Assembly: GCA_038888155.1 (NCBI GenBank)
Contig: JAWAJB010000033.1
Location: forward strand, 1-11,632
Reading direction: 5' to 3'
Source: Desulfurococcaceae archaeon
Lineage (GTDB): Archaea > Thermoproteota > Thermoprotei_A > Sulfolobales > Desulfurococcaceae
DNA: 11,632 nt
A program made the translations under genes and the position numbers. Within the stretch, counting starts at the first letter, position 1, and each line of letters opens with the position of its first letter. Shown here piece by piece: positions 1-8,444 of this stretch. The notes below the pieces were generated by a model. The model was not told the origin of the DNA. It worked only from the letters and a program-made list of their open reading frames with translations, and did not search any database.

Positions 1-2
1 TC

Positions 3-254
3 GGCGCGACGGTGTACCTCTTCGGGAGCTACGCGAGGGGGGACCACACGCTTGAGAGCGACGTCGACGTGGTCGTCGTGTGCGAGCGCTTCGAGGGCAT
101 GGAGTACGCGGAAAGGGTTGCGCTCGTGAGGTTGAAGCTGCCGCGGGAGTTTGGCTTCGACATAGTAGCCCTAACGCCCAGGGAGTTCAGCGAGAGATCG
201 GGGCGCGCCTTCTTCAAGGAGGTTTCGAGGTACTGGATCGAGATCAAGCCGTAG
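3..254 (+). CDS. Minimal nucleotidyltransferase (MNT, pol-beta superfamily), 5'-truncated by window edge; probable antitoxin of a HEPN-MNT pair
   Basis: Frame is open from base 3 (GATVYLFGSYARGD...ESDVDVVVV). It has the GS and DxD catalytic motifs and a later FDIV strand typical of MNTs. The GTG at 12 is probably internal. No HEPN partner is visible in the window. Confidence 0.9.
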   Translation, partial: GATVYLFGSYARGDHTLESDVDVVVVCERFEGMEYAERVALVRLKLPREFGFDIVALTPREFSERSGRAFFKEVSRYWIEIKP

Positions 255-262
255 CGCTCCGC

Positions 263-280
263 GGGGTGCCGCGGCACCCC
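263..280. repeat. Perfect 18-bp GC-rich palindrome just after the MNT stop (possible hairpin or binding site)
   Basis: GGGGTGCCGCGGCACCCC equals its own reverse complement and starts 9 nt after the TAG. Function is not determinable from sequence. Confidence 0.6.
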
Positions 281-377
281 TCCCGGTGAGCCCCGCCAGC
301 TCCAGCCGCAGGGAGCCCGCACGAGCACGCGAGCCTGCCCTCAACCCTGCAAGTTGTAACGGTCTCCCCGCGGTCAA

Positions 378-386
378 GCTTAAGAT
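378..386 (+). promoter_or_regulatory. Putative TATA-like box for the aspartic protease gene
   Basis: GCTTAAGAT is the main AT-rich patch about 23-31 nt upstream of ATG 409, a spacing consistent with archaeal leaderless transcripts. Confidence 0.4.
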
Positions 387-408
387 CGCGCGCGTCAGCG
401 AGCTGGTG

Positions 409-663
409 ATGGGGGCCGCCGTAATCCCCGTTAAGGTCAGAGCCAGGGGCGAGGTGGTGCTCAGGGCTTCAGTCGACACGGGCTTCTACGGCGACTTGAT
501 CGCCAGGCCCGAGGCTGTCGAGGGGGCGGGCGTCGAGCTGAAGCACGAGAGGGTGAGGGTGCTGCCCGACGGTGGCAGGGTGAGCGTGAAGTACGGGGTA
601 GGTGAGGTCAAGATCGAGGGGATGGTGACCGCCGCGGACGTGGAAGTCTGGGAGGGGTTGAAG
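409..663 (+). pseudogene. Clan AA (retropepsin-like, AF_0612-type) aspartic protease, N-terminal fragment interrupted by the island
   Basis: MGAAVIPVKV...ASVDTGFYGDL...RVLPDGGRV...VEVWEGLK has the catalytic DTG and a flap-like LPDG. After K85 the ORF runs into unrelated sequence (QRIVPLKRKRL..., stop at 717) and lacks the hydrophobic-hydrophobic-Gly motif. ATG 409 (or GTG 406) is preferred over the ORF-track start at 286. Confidence 0.75.
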
Positions 664-667
664 CAGC
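662..667 (+). repeat. Left copy of the 6-bp direct repeat AGCAGC at the island junction
   Basis: Identical AGCAGC at 10643-10648, in the same codon phase relative to the two protease fragments. Confidence 0.5.
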
Positions 668-1210
668 GAATTGTTCCTTTGAAGCGGAAGCGGCTGAGGG
701 TTTCCTCGCCGGGTTAAACGACAGCGGTGCTGTTAAGAGTCCCCTTGGAATATAAGTGTTGATGCTCAGGCTTCTTCCAACTGAGATAACATCATGAGAG
801 ATAATGTTGTCGAGGATAAACCCTTAGTCTTCGTTCAGGATGAAAGGAATGAATCGTTTGGGATGTTAAAGTAGGGCAGCTGATGGTTGTGAACTCTGGA
901 AATGTTTTAGTGGAGTCTTGACGGTAGTGAAAACGAGCCTAAAGGTTAGGATGTAAACTGAGGAATGATAGTTGTACGAAATTGGATGCTAGAAGACAAC
1001 ACAGTTAGAGTGTACGGGAAGAACCTGAGAATTGTGAGGATCATCAGTGACACGTGATCAAGGACACGAACGGAGTCTAGCTAAACTCCTTTACTAACAC
1101 GCGAATCTGTGGCAATTAGATTCAACCGCTATTCCTAACGAGGCTTGTGCGCAGGGTCGAGTATACCCTCATCGCTTGATCGGCTTACGGGCTGCGTAGG
1201 GCGTTAGTGC

Positions 1211-1233
1211 TTACATGCGACGTTCGTATGTAA
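1211..1233. repeat. Imperfect inverted repeat with 10-bp arms
   Basis: TTACATGCGA-CGT-TCGTATGTAA. The arms pair 9/10, and the mismatch would be a G-U pair in + strand RNA. Confidence 0.45.
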
Positions 1234-1673
1234 TCCTCTCCATCGATAGGGCAACGATTACCAACCGAAACGGAACGATAAAGATGCTTGGAGCTGGTAT
1301 ACGGATAGCAACTCACCAAGATGCTCAGCTTCACTACTGAAAAGCCCGTTGAAGCTGTCTAGGCCTGTGATGCAACGTGAAAGTTTCAAACAAGGAGGAG
1401 CCTGAAGTTGGCTGGTACATAGACAGAACCATAGCTGCCGTATAGCTGACTCCAATATCCTACGAAGACTTCTTCAACATGTACGCCTTCGACTATCACG
1501 AAATGAAAAGAGAACCTACTTTACGTCGCTAACCTTCAAAGCCGACAGCCCAGCTGCTTATGTCGCGTGATGAAACAGTTCCGATGTATACGTAAAGAAA
1601 TACATTGGCTTAATCTTATCGTATGAGTTCGCTGTAACTCTTAACCTTTACGCTTTTCTTCGCGGTATGCATT

Positions 1674-4595
1674 TTAAGTCTTTGTTACATTTTCCACATG
1701 TAAAAGTTGCATTTTAAGGCTCTGAGCTTTCTCTGGGTTTCTAATTATTTTGAAATTGTTAATAGAGTGAAGGCCAGAGAGATTCTGGCTCGTCTCTACT
1801 ACTATTTCATCGTCTATTATAATTAACTTATCATGCCTTTCTCTTATTGGATAGAGGTTAACCCCAGCTTGGCGAAGTAAATTTTCATATCTTTTTATAT
1901 TTTCTTCCCGCGTTAAAAGCGTTACCTGAATACCGCGTTCCACCACCTTTTTTAAAGCTTTAATTCCTTCATCATCTACGTAGGGAGATAGCACTACGAT
2001 TTCCCTCCTTGCTATTCTGAAGAGGGGATCGATAAGCTTCCAGCCTCTCCCGTATATCGTCTCCTGCCCTGACAATGCCTTCAGAACCCACATGACAAGG
2101 TTCCTGGATGTTTCTAGATTCTGAGTTAATGGACTTATGCAACCTTCGTCCAGCACCACGCACATAGTGCAACCATCTATGCAGTGAATGATGCTCATGT
2201 AATCCCTAACTATCGTGTCTAAGTGCCTTTGCAGCTTCGTATCATTCGTGATGCTGAGGGATGTTAAAACATCTTTTAAGGCATTGGACAGCACTAAATA
2301 ATACGTAAACGTTGGGACATCCATTACAATGTTTTGATCTACTAGATAGTTGTACCATTTTTCTTGCAGCTCTTCCGCAACCATTCTCAGAAGCTTCGTT
2401 GAGCCATCAAGCCTCTTGCTTATTTCGGTTAGGGTACGCTTCTTGTATTCGATTACCTCTTGCTCATGCTGATTTAGGCTCCTCTCCATAAAACTCATGA
2501 AGCTTTCGATCATTTGCTGGTAGGAGCCAAAGTAACTCAGCGCATGATCGGGCAGATCTATGACGCCATAGGGGCTATTCTCAAAGACTATAATCACAAG
2601 CTCATCATTTTCTCCATCGATAAAGCTCAGGTATGACAGATTCGCAGGTTCTATCTCCAAACTATTTGAGATATATGAGTAGAAAAGATGCGCTAACGTA
2701 TGGCCGAGCACTTCAAGAAGGTAGTTTATGAACTTTTCGATCAGAGATTCATCTTGTTTAATCTTTTGGTAGAATTCAGATATTTTTTTAGCTAATTTCT
2801 TTTTCTTTAGTTGAAGTATTCTTAATTGATAGTGTCCTTTACCTGTTAGATAGTAGTACATGAACTTAGATAGGAGGAGTTTATCAAGAGTAATCGAACG
2901 CTCCTTCTCGCCGACTACAAGCTTGACTCTTGGCTTAGGCGTAACGCTTTCATCAATCAATTCGGATAAAATAGCCTTCACTAGTGATAGTGGTAGACTA
3001 AAACCGATAGCATTAGTGCTGTATAATTCCTTAACTATAGGCTTCTCAAATTTTACTCGTACCAGGTTACCGAGAGATACTACAGTTGGCATGAACCATT
3101 GCGCTCCAACAATGTACTCAATGATTCGAATCCCATTACCTACTACCGGTGTAAACATCCCATTTGCTTTTTCATGTTTTAGACCCCTGCCTAGCACCTC
3201 TCTCTTTGATTCCACGTAAACTTTGGGGAATAATCTTCTCGATCTCGACCAATTTGGGCACTGCCCCGATCCTCTTTTTTGAAGAAAACTTCCGACATAA
3301 CAGTCTCTCATGAATGGACACCTGAAATCATATGGGTCCGTGGACATCGCATACCCTCTGTAGCAATACCAGACATAGCCAAGATCATTCACCCTGTAAG
3401 CTCTCCGCTTCAGCTTGCTCATCTGTTCAGCGTACTCTTTTTGTATTTCTTGGACTATCTGAGTGATATCAGCTTTCCTTTTAGCTTGCCATGATCGTAG
3501 CCTATTAAAGAGTTTCTTTGAACCATATTTAATCCATAAGTTACGGACCCCTCTAGGCCTTGCTGCTACGTTTGTTTTATCATCCTCTAAGATTATCTCG
3601 AGGTAAATCTCGTTAAGTTGATCGTTATGCATAAGGTTAATCGTTTCAACCTCAATAAGTCTCACACTATGAACCTGTTCTTCAGCATTCCCCCTTATAA
3701 CTACCTTATTCCGATCAGTAAAGGGGGCACCGGTAAATCTTACATTCTTTGAGGCGATAAACCACACGTTGCTGCCTATAATACCATTTACTTCGTCATG
3801 TATAGGTTCAAACGGGGGATACCTCATGAAAAGGACATCAAGGGGAAGCCTGTTTCTATCCTCGTCTACCTCAACCGGCTTTCCAGTAATTCTGAACGAT
3901 ACTTCTTGAGTTTGCAGCTCTCCTGAAATGCTCCGCAGTCCTGTCAATTGAGATATAAGTTCATGAACCCAAATGCCACTCCACACTAGCTCCTTCAGAA
4001 ATTTTGCAATATAAATAGCTCTCTCATGACTACTTAGAACCTTGCTCTGCAGTAATTTTTTAGACTCATCTCTTAATACATCCAAACAATTCGATATACG
4101 TTGACATTCTATATTAACATCCTCCAAAGATCTTAATGCGTTAGATACCTCATCAAACTTGCTGTAGGACTTGATTCTGTTTAACAGACTCTTAAGTTTG
4201 TTCATTGTGTTTTCGCAATCATCAATCAAAATAGAGAGACTTTCGTCAATAAGTCCAATGAGATTATTACTTTGTGATTTCACAACCGAGAATGGATCTG
4301 AATTTAAATAAAATATATTTAAAATATTTCGTATTTTTTCATTAAATCTATTGAAATATTCCATAAGATCACTTGATATACTTTTAACTTTTGCTGATTC
4401 AGGAATTTTTTCTAGTTCTTTTAAATTATCTACTAACTTTAATAATTTATCATTTAATTCAGAATGTATATAATCAAGAGCTCGGAATAAGCTGCAAAGA
4501 CTATCGGCTAAATCTAGATCGCTTTCTTCATCTAAGAGCTTTATTACTTCGCTAATCAAATCTTCGATTCTATTGATTTTATTTACAACTTTCAA
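1674..4595 (-). CDS. 973-aa fusion: N-terminal coiled-coil/helical region, DUF1998 (MZB-like Zn domain) and C-terminal PLD-family nuclease (DrmB+DrmC-like, or DpdJ C-terminus + DpdK-like)
   Basis: HTLAHL (H632), FENSPYG and C805-IDG-C809-TM-C812-x6-C819...N...SR fit DUF1998. IVVLSPYVD...GIQVTLLTR...H921-D-K-LIII-D928...TSQNL is a single HKD PLD motif. The TTG start follows an SD-like GGGTGAT. Confidence 0.85.
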   Translation of the reverse strand: MKVVNKINRIEDLISEVIKLLDEESDLDLADSLCSLFRALDYIHSELNDKLLKLVDNLKELEKIPESAKVKSISSDLMEYFNRFNEKIRNILNIFYLNSDPFSVVKSQSNNLIGLIDESLSILIDDCENTMNKLKSLLNRIKSYSKFDEVSNALRSLEDVNIECQRISNCLDVLRDESKKLLQSKVLSSHERAIYIAKFLKELVWSGIWVHELISQLTGLRSISGELQTQEVSFRITGKPVEVDEDRNRLPLDVLFMRYPPFEPIHDEVNGIIGSNVWFIASKNVRFTGAPFTDRNKVVIRGNAEEQVHSVRLIEVETINLMHNDQLNEIYLEIILEDDKTNVAARPRGVRNLWIKYGSKKLFNRLRSWQAKRKADITQIVQEIQKEYAEQMSKLKRRAYRVNDLGYVWYCYRGYAMSTDPYDFRCPFMRDCYVGSFLQKRGSGQCPNWSRSRRLFPKVYVESKREVLGRGLKHEKANGMFTPVVGNGIRIIEYIVGAQWFMPTVVSLGNLVRVKFEKPIVKELYSTNAIGFSLPLSLVKAILSELIDESVTPKPRVKLVVGEKERSITLDKLLLSKFMYYYLTGKGHYQLRILQLKKKKLAKKISEFYQKIKQDESLIEKFINYLLEVLGHTLAHLFYSYISNSLEIEPANLSYLSFIDGENDELVIIVFENSPYGVIDLPDHALSYFGSYQQMIESFMSFMERSLNQHEQEVIEYKKRTLTEISKRLDGSTKLLRMVAEELQEKWYNYLVDQNIVMDVPTFTYYLVLSNALKDVLTSLSITNDTKLQRHLDTIVRDYMSIIHCIDGCTMCVVLDEGCISPLTQNLETSRNLVMWVLKALSGQETIYGRGWKLIDPLFRIARREIVVLSPYVDDEGIKALKKVVERGIQVTLLTREENIKRYENLLRQAGVNLYPIRERHDKLIIIDDEIVVETSQNLSGLHSINNFKIIRNPEKAQSLKMQLLHVENVTKT

Positions 4596-4600
4596 ACAAC

Positions 4601-4607
4601 ATCACCC
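4601..4607 (-). promoter_or_regulatory. SD-like GGGTGAT overlapping the helicase stop codon
   Basis: Minus strand reads AAT GGG TGA TGT TGT TTG AAA. GGTGA is the canonical archaeal SD core and lies about 6 nt before the TTG, suggesting translational coupling. Confidence 0.55.
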
Positions 4608-6842
4608 ATTTATTTCTTTTATCTCTACAAGAATATTGTTCAAAAACTCCTTAATCTCATTGATGTCATTCAACCTTTTTCTGCTCGCATACGTGTGCTC
4701 CCCCTTCAACGCGAGGGAAGCTATAGCTTCAACGAGTTTTCTACGATCCTCTATCTGAGGATTACCCTGTGTGACAAAAAGCCTGAAACTTGCGCTGGGT
4801 TCCAGGTTCAAAAGCGACTCCGAGTAAGCCTTATCATAGAGGAGAAACGCCTCTGAGATTGTTGCTCTTGCAAGGATTATTCCTAGGACGGTTCTCATGG
4901 TTTTAATGCTGCGTCCCCCCCTGCCAAGCCGCTGTAGCAGCGATATGGGGTTCTCTAAGCCAGAGTTCAATATGAAAGTTACACCTCCGTAATCAACACC
5001 CAACTCGAGAGATGAAGTGGAGAGGGCAACCAAATTTTCATCACTTTTCAGCCTGCTTATGTTCCGAGTCCTTTCACTCACATCTAGCTCGCTCAACATG
5101 AGAACCAGCCTATTTTCGAGCTCGCTGCACAGCTCTAATCTCTCTACTTTCCGTCGAACCTCCGCTCTGAGCTGTGGTGGGATGTAGTGCCAATAGCAGA
5201 ATGGATCTGTCGCACTAAGCTCAGGGCTTAGATGGTCTTTCGGCTCACCTAGTGACAAGTTGTTTAAGAAACCACTGCGTACGCGCTTAAGCTCCCTGAT
5301 GTTATTAACAAAGAGAACACTCTGTATAGCTGGTGTTGAACGGTATTTTTCTTTGCGCAGCGCAAAACAGTAGCTAAGGAATGTTGTAAGAACGAGCCAA
5401 AGCTGACAGTATGTGTTCCAGGAGAATAGCGGGTTCATGCTGAAGAGACCTAGTAGAACCAGTCTCCTCCCAGATATCGCATTCTCACCGTGAATCTTAT
5501 CAACATCATTGTAGCTGATTACCTGAAGTTGATCCTTAGGCACGTCGGTCAGCTTTGAGGCAAAATCGTCTGGTTGAGGAATAGTCGCTGATGAAAGGAT
5601 TATACGTAGGTCAGCTTCACCTTTTTGTGAAGCCCTCCTCACGTATCGCACTATGTCGAGTAGAGCGTTGAAAAGCCCCCCTCCTAAACCCTTGTATTCG
5701 TGTGCTTCATCAATCACGATGAGTTCGACTTCACTCATTGTTCTTACGTTAACGTCACTTTGGTTACTATCCATCAGCCTTATCTCAAGGGACCATGGGT
5801 TAACGGCTATAATGTCGGCTTCTGCGGCTTGTTCACGTGTTGCTTTTATAAAATCGAAAGAAGTTTTACAACTATTGCAGACAACTGTAAACTTTCCATT
5901 CTGGAGCTTTAAAATTAGCTTATCTGTACAGATCGGGCACGTAGTTCCACGGAAAACCAAAGCAGCTTGCCTAGCGATTTCCCTTTGAAGATCGATTTGC
6001 CGTGGAGTATCACCATCTCTTATGGCAAAATTGAAGGTAACATTATGATTCGAAGATATATAGAGGAGCTTGATAATGCGGTTTGCTTGATCCACTGTAA
6101 GAGCCTTCCTAGGATATATGAGTAAAACCCTGCTAGCTCTACGGTGAATATACCGCTGCTTCATGAGCCACGCTAAAACGTATGTCAGGAAGATCTCCGT
6201 TTTTCCACTCCCCGTCGGAGCCACCAGAACATAAGCGCTTTTTCTGGACCTTAGAAGCTCGCTCAACGCCAACGCTTGATATGCATCAAGGTAGGGAACG
6301 AACTGCCCCGCTATACGCATAAACAATAAAGCCAGATCCGCACGCCCCTTGAAGAATTGGTATATAGTTTTCACTAAGTCACTATACGCAGGATAAAGTG
6401 GATCATCGGTTTCTAGAGAAGCTTGAGGGTTAAATGGTATTCGTCTATCATTTTGGGTTGGCGTTTTCACAAAGTTGAATGCCAGTTTCGTGGAAATGAG
6501 GTAGCTGGTCGTATCGTATGCTGTTCGAATCTCGGAACTTCTACAAAGCACATCCATATGAAGACTTCTGTACCCTAGCTCATCATCGTCCGTCTCGAAA
6601 GATCCACTGAGAGGTATCAAGAATCCCCTTTCCAGCAACTCATTGAAGATCTGCTGAGCATCTCTGCCGAAGTCACGTGCTAAGAATCTGATAATGTCCT
6701 CCTTGTGCACTGTGTACCTAGGTTCGCTTATGGTATACCATATTCCTTCTTTCACCGATTTTTGATTTACCGCACGGGGGATCTCAAGCTGTGTAATTAT
6801 CTGATGATAGGCCCTGGTCAGCTCTTCTTCATTCATTTTCAA
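4602..6842 (-). CDS. SF2 DEAH-box helicase with C4 Zn-finger insert (DpdJ/DrmA/YprA-Hrq1-related group); true start may be ATG 6836
   Basis: Q motif LDAYQ, Walker A APTGSGKT, Ia YPRKAL..DQ, DGDTP, II DEAH (5700-5711), III SAT, IV LFVNN, V STSSLELGVD and VI QRLGRGGR are all present. C302-x2-C-x16-C-x2-C325 is inserted in RecA1. Confidence 0.92.
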   Translation of the reverse strand: MKMNEEELTRAYHQIITQLEIPRAVNQKSVKEGIWYTISEPRYTVHKEDIIRFLARDFGRDAQQIFNELLERGFLIPLSGSFETDDDELGYRSLHMDVLCRSSEIRTAYDTTSYLISTKLAFNFVKTPTQNDRRIPFNPQASLETDDPLYPAYSDLVKTIYQFFKGRADLALLFMRIAGQFVPYLDAYQALALSELLRSRKSAYVLVAPTGSGKTEIFLTYVLAWLMKQRYIHRRASRVLLIYPRKALTVDQANRIIKLLYISSNHNVTFNFAIRDGDTPRQIDLQREIARQAALVFRGTTCPICTDKLILKLQNGKFTVVCNSCKTSFDFIKATREQAAEADIIAVNPWSLEIRLMDSNQSDVNVRTMSEVELIVIDEAHEYKGLGGGLFNALLDIVRYVRRASQKGEADLRIILSSATIPQPDDFASKLTDVPKDQLQVISYNDVDKIHGENAISGRRLVLLGLFSMNPLFSWNTYCQLWLVLTTFLSYCFALRKEKYRSTPAIQSVLFVNNIRELKRVRSGFLNNLSLGEPKDHLSPELSATDPFCYWHYIPPQLRAEVRRKVERLELCSELENRLVLMLSELDVSERTRNISRLKSDENLVALSTSSLELGVDYGGVTFILNSGLENPISLLQRLGRGGRSIKTMRTVLGIILARATISEAFLLYDKAYSESLLNLEPSASFRLFVTQGNPQIEDRRKLVEAIASLALKGEHTYASRKRLNDINEIKEFLNNILVEIKEING

Positions 6843-6861
6843 CTATTTTCGTGGGATTAAC

Positions 6862-6878
6862 TAAATAAAAATTTTTTG
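6862..6878 (-). promoter_or_regulatory. Putative BRE/TATA promoter for the helicase and DUF1998/PLD genes
   Basis: Minus strand reads CAAAAAATTTTTATTTA, an A-rich BRE followed by TTTATTTA ending 26 nt before ATG 6836. Confidence 0.55.
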
Positions 6879-6928
6879 CCAAGATTAGTTTTAAGGCCTC
6901 CTTAATTCTCCATCGAAGCTGAGAGCCC

Positions 6929-8389
6929 CTACATGATGTATCCAAGGGCAAATTTTGTCGCTAGATTCAGGTTCATGCTGAACGCTCTAGCCCAAACGTA
7001 AGAATAATCCCTTAACTTACAATAAATCTTGCGAAGAGTTTGATCTTTTTCAAACATTGTAATAAGCTCAAAGTCTATATTTATATTTTTTCCTTCAGCT
7101 TTTGAAATTATATCTATTATATTCCAAATCGATTTAAATATTTTATCTGTAGGAATATTATCTAAAGTAGCCATGGTAATCAAGGGAGGAGAAAGATAAT
7201 ACTTGAAACTCTCGCGCAAATAGAAGAATTCTTCGAGAGGGGATGAAAAAACATCGATAGTTTGACTCTGTAGTAGATTTTCAGCTCTTGACCTGTGAAC
7301 GATTCTTTGTATTTCGCTTAGAAAGCCGCTTCTTGCACGCTCAAAGGATTTTACATCACAACATAGCGCTGGGTAAATCTCTCTTCGACGTTTCCCGTCT
7401 AAATTAACTCTCCAAGGCTCTCCCACTACAGCCGCTATCTCAACGTCAAAAGGAATGGAAAGTTCTGAGTACACAAGAAAGTACCCACGATTTAGATTAA
7501 ACGGATAGCTCAGTAGGTAGGGATGGTCCCGATCGTTGAAAATAAAGATACCAGAAAAATAAGCTATTAGATCATTATTTTTTAAGGAATAAAAAAGATG
7601 CGTAAAATCTCCAAACTTCTGATCGAGAGGAATGGCTATGGGGAACGGGCCTATTTCCGAAAAATGAAAGTTGCTACTGATTGGTGTACAGCTTATTAAG
7701 TTACCTTTTATGATTGCTACCCTAATCCATTCTTCAGAAATATTTAATTTTTTCACTTCCATGCTTCGCGAGTAAAGATGAACAAGCACGGCTGATGGAG
7801 ATGCCCATGCGCGAACATCGGATCCGTTAGAGACATAATGGTATGCAAACATTGAAAGAGGTGAAGGTATTACTGCAGAAATATTGCGCCTAAAAGTTAT
7901 AGCATAAGGCCTTATCAAACCCAGAAAAGCACTAATACACAATTGAAGATTACTCAAATTCTCGCTTTCTATCTTGCCGAAGGTTACGAATGAGCCTAGC
8001 AGTTCCTCTGCGATCTGTGTTGCATCTTCTCTACACCTTTGTAGTTTTTCAAATTTAAATGAATCCCTCTCATCAAGTCTACCTACGTTTCCAGAGAATC
8101 TAATAGCCCTTATGACACCAAGCTCTGGGAATATCACAGGAAAATAATTAATTAATGTTCGGTATACATCGTACCCTAAACTATCTTTAATTAGAAAACT
8201 ATGCCATAGCTTAAATGAATAGCGGGGGAAAGGTCGCAAACCGTGTACTACCGTACTACCAACGTGCCTCTCTATCAATTCATCAATGATTTTAGACACA
8301 GATATGACATAGCTTGATGTCTTGTTCAACGTCTCTAGCGCTGCATTGAGACCACTTCCGTAATTTGTAAGCATGGGACCGGGATTCAT
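6929..8389 (-). CDS. Hypothetical protein, 486 aa, no recognised motif
   Basis: Long ATG-started ORF in AT-rich DNA, co-oriented with and 86 nt upstream of the helicase. It is aromatic-rich with no obvious signal peptide. Confidence 0.8.
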   Translation of the reverse strand: MNPGPMLTNYGSGLNAALETLNKTSSYVISVSKIIDELIERHVGSTVVHGLRPFPRYSFKLWHSFLIKDSLGYDVYRTLINYFPVIFPELGVIRAIRFSGNVGRLDERDSFKFEKLQRCREDATQIAEELLGSFVTFGKIESENLSNLQLCISAFLGLIRPYAITFRRNISAVIPSPLSMFAYHYVSNGSDVRAWASPSAVLVHLYSRSMEVKKLNISEEWIRVAIIKGNLISCTPISSNFHFSEIGPFPIAIPLDQKFGDFTHLFYSLKNNDLIAYFSGIFIFNDRDHPYLLSYPFNLNRGYFLVYSELSIPFDVEIAAVVGEPWRVNLDGKRRREIYPALCCDVKSFERARSGFLSEIQRIVHRSRAENLLQSQTIDVFSSPLEEFFYLRESFKYYLSPPLITMATLDNIPTDKIFKSIWNIIDIISKAEGKNINIDFELITMFEKDQTLRKIYCKLRDYSYVWARAFSMNLNLATKFALGYIM

Positions 8390-8414
8390 GTATTAGCGTT
8401 TTATTTTACTTTTT

Positions 8415-8425
8415 CTCTTTAAGCA
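8415..8425. promoter_or_regulatory. Candidate shared TATA element in the 55-bp divergent intergenic region
   Basis: CTCTTTAAGCA reads TTTAAG on + (27 nt before TTG 8445) and TTAAAG on - (about 30 nt before ATG 8389). Confidence 0.4.
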
Positions 8426-8444
8426 ACACTCATAAACTAGAATT

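Noticed and set aside
29-479. ORFs 29..328(-), 80..289(+) and 171..479(-), and the 286-408 extension of the protease ORF
   Set aside because: Shadow frames in GC-rich DNA overlapping the MNT and protease genes, with no motifs.
1258-1455. 65-aa minus-strand ORF
   Set aside because: Short with no motif, and the opposite strand looks more coding-like.
1972-5988. Small ORFs 1972..2172, 2860..3219, 3279..3494, 4573..4758, 5653..5988 and 5700..5912
   Set aside because: All are nested in or antisense to the well-supported helicase and DUF1998-PLD genes.
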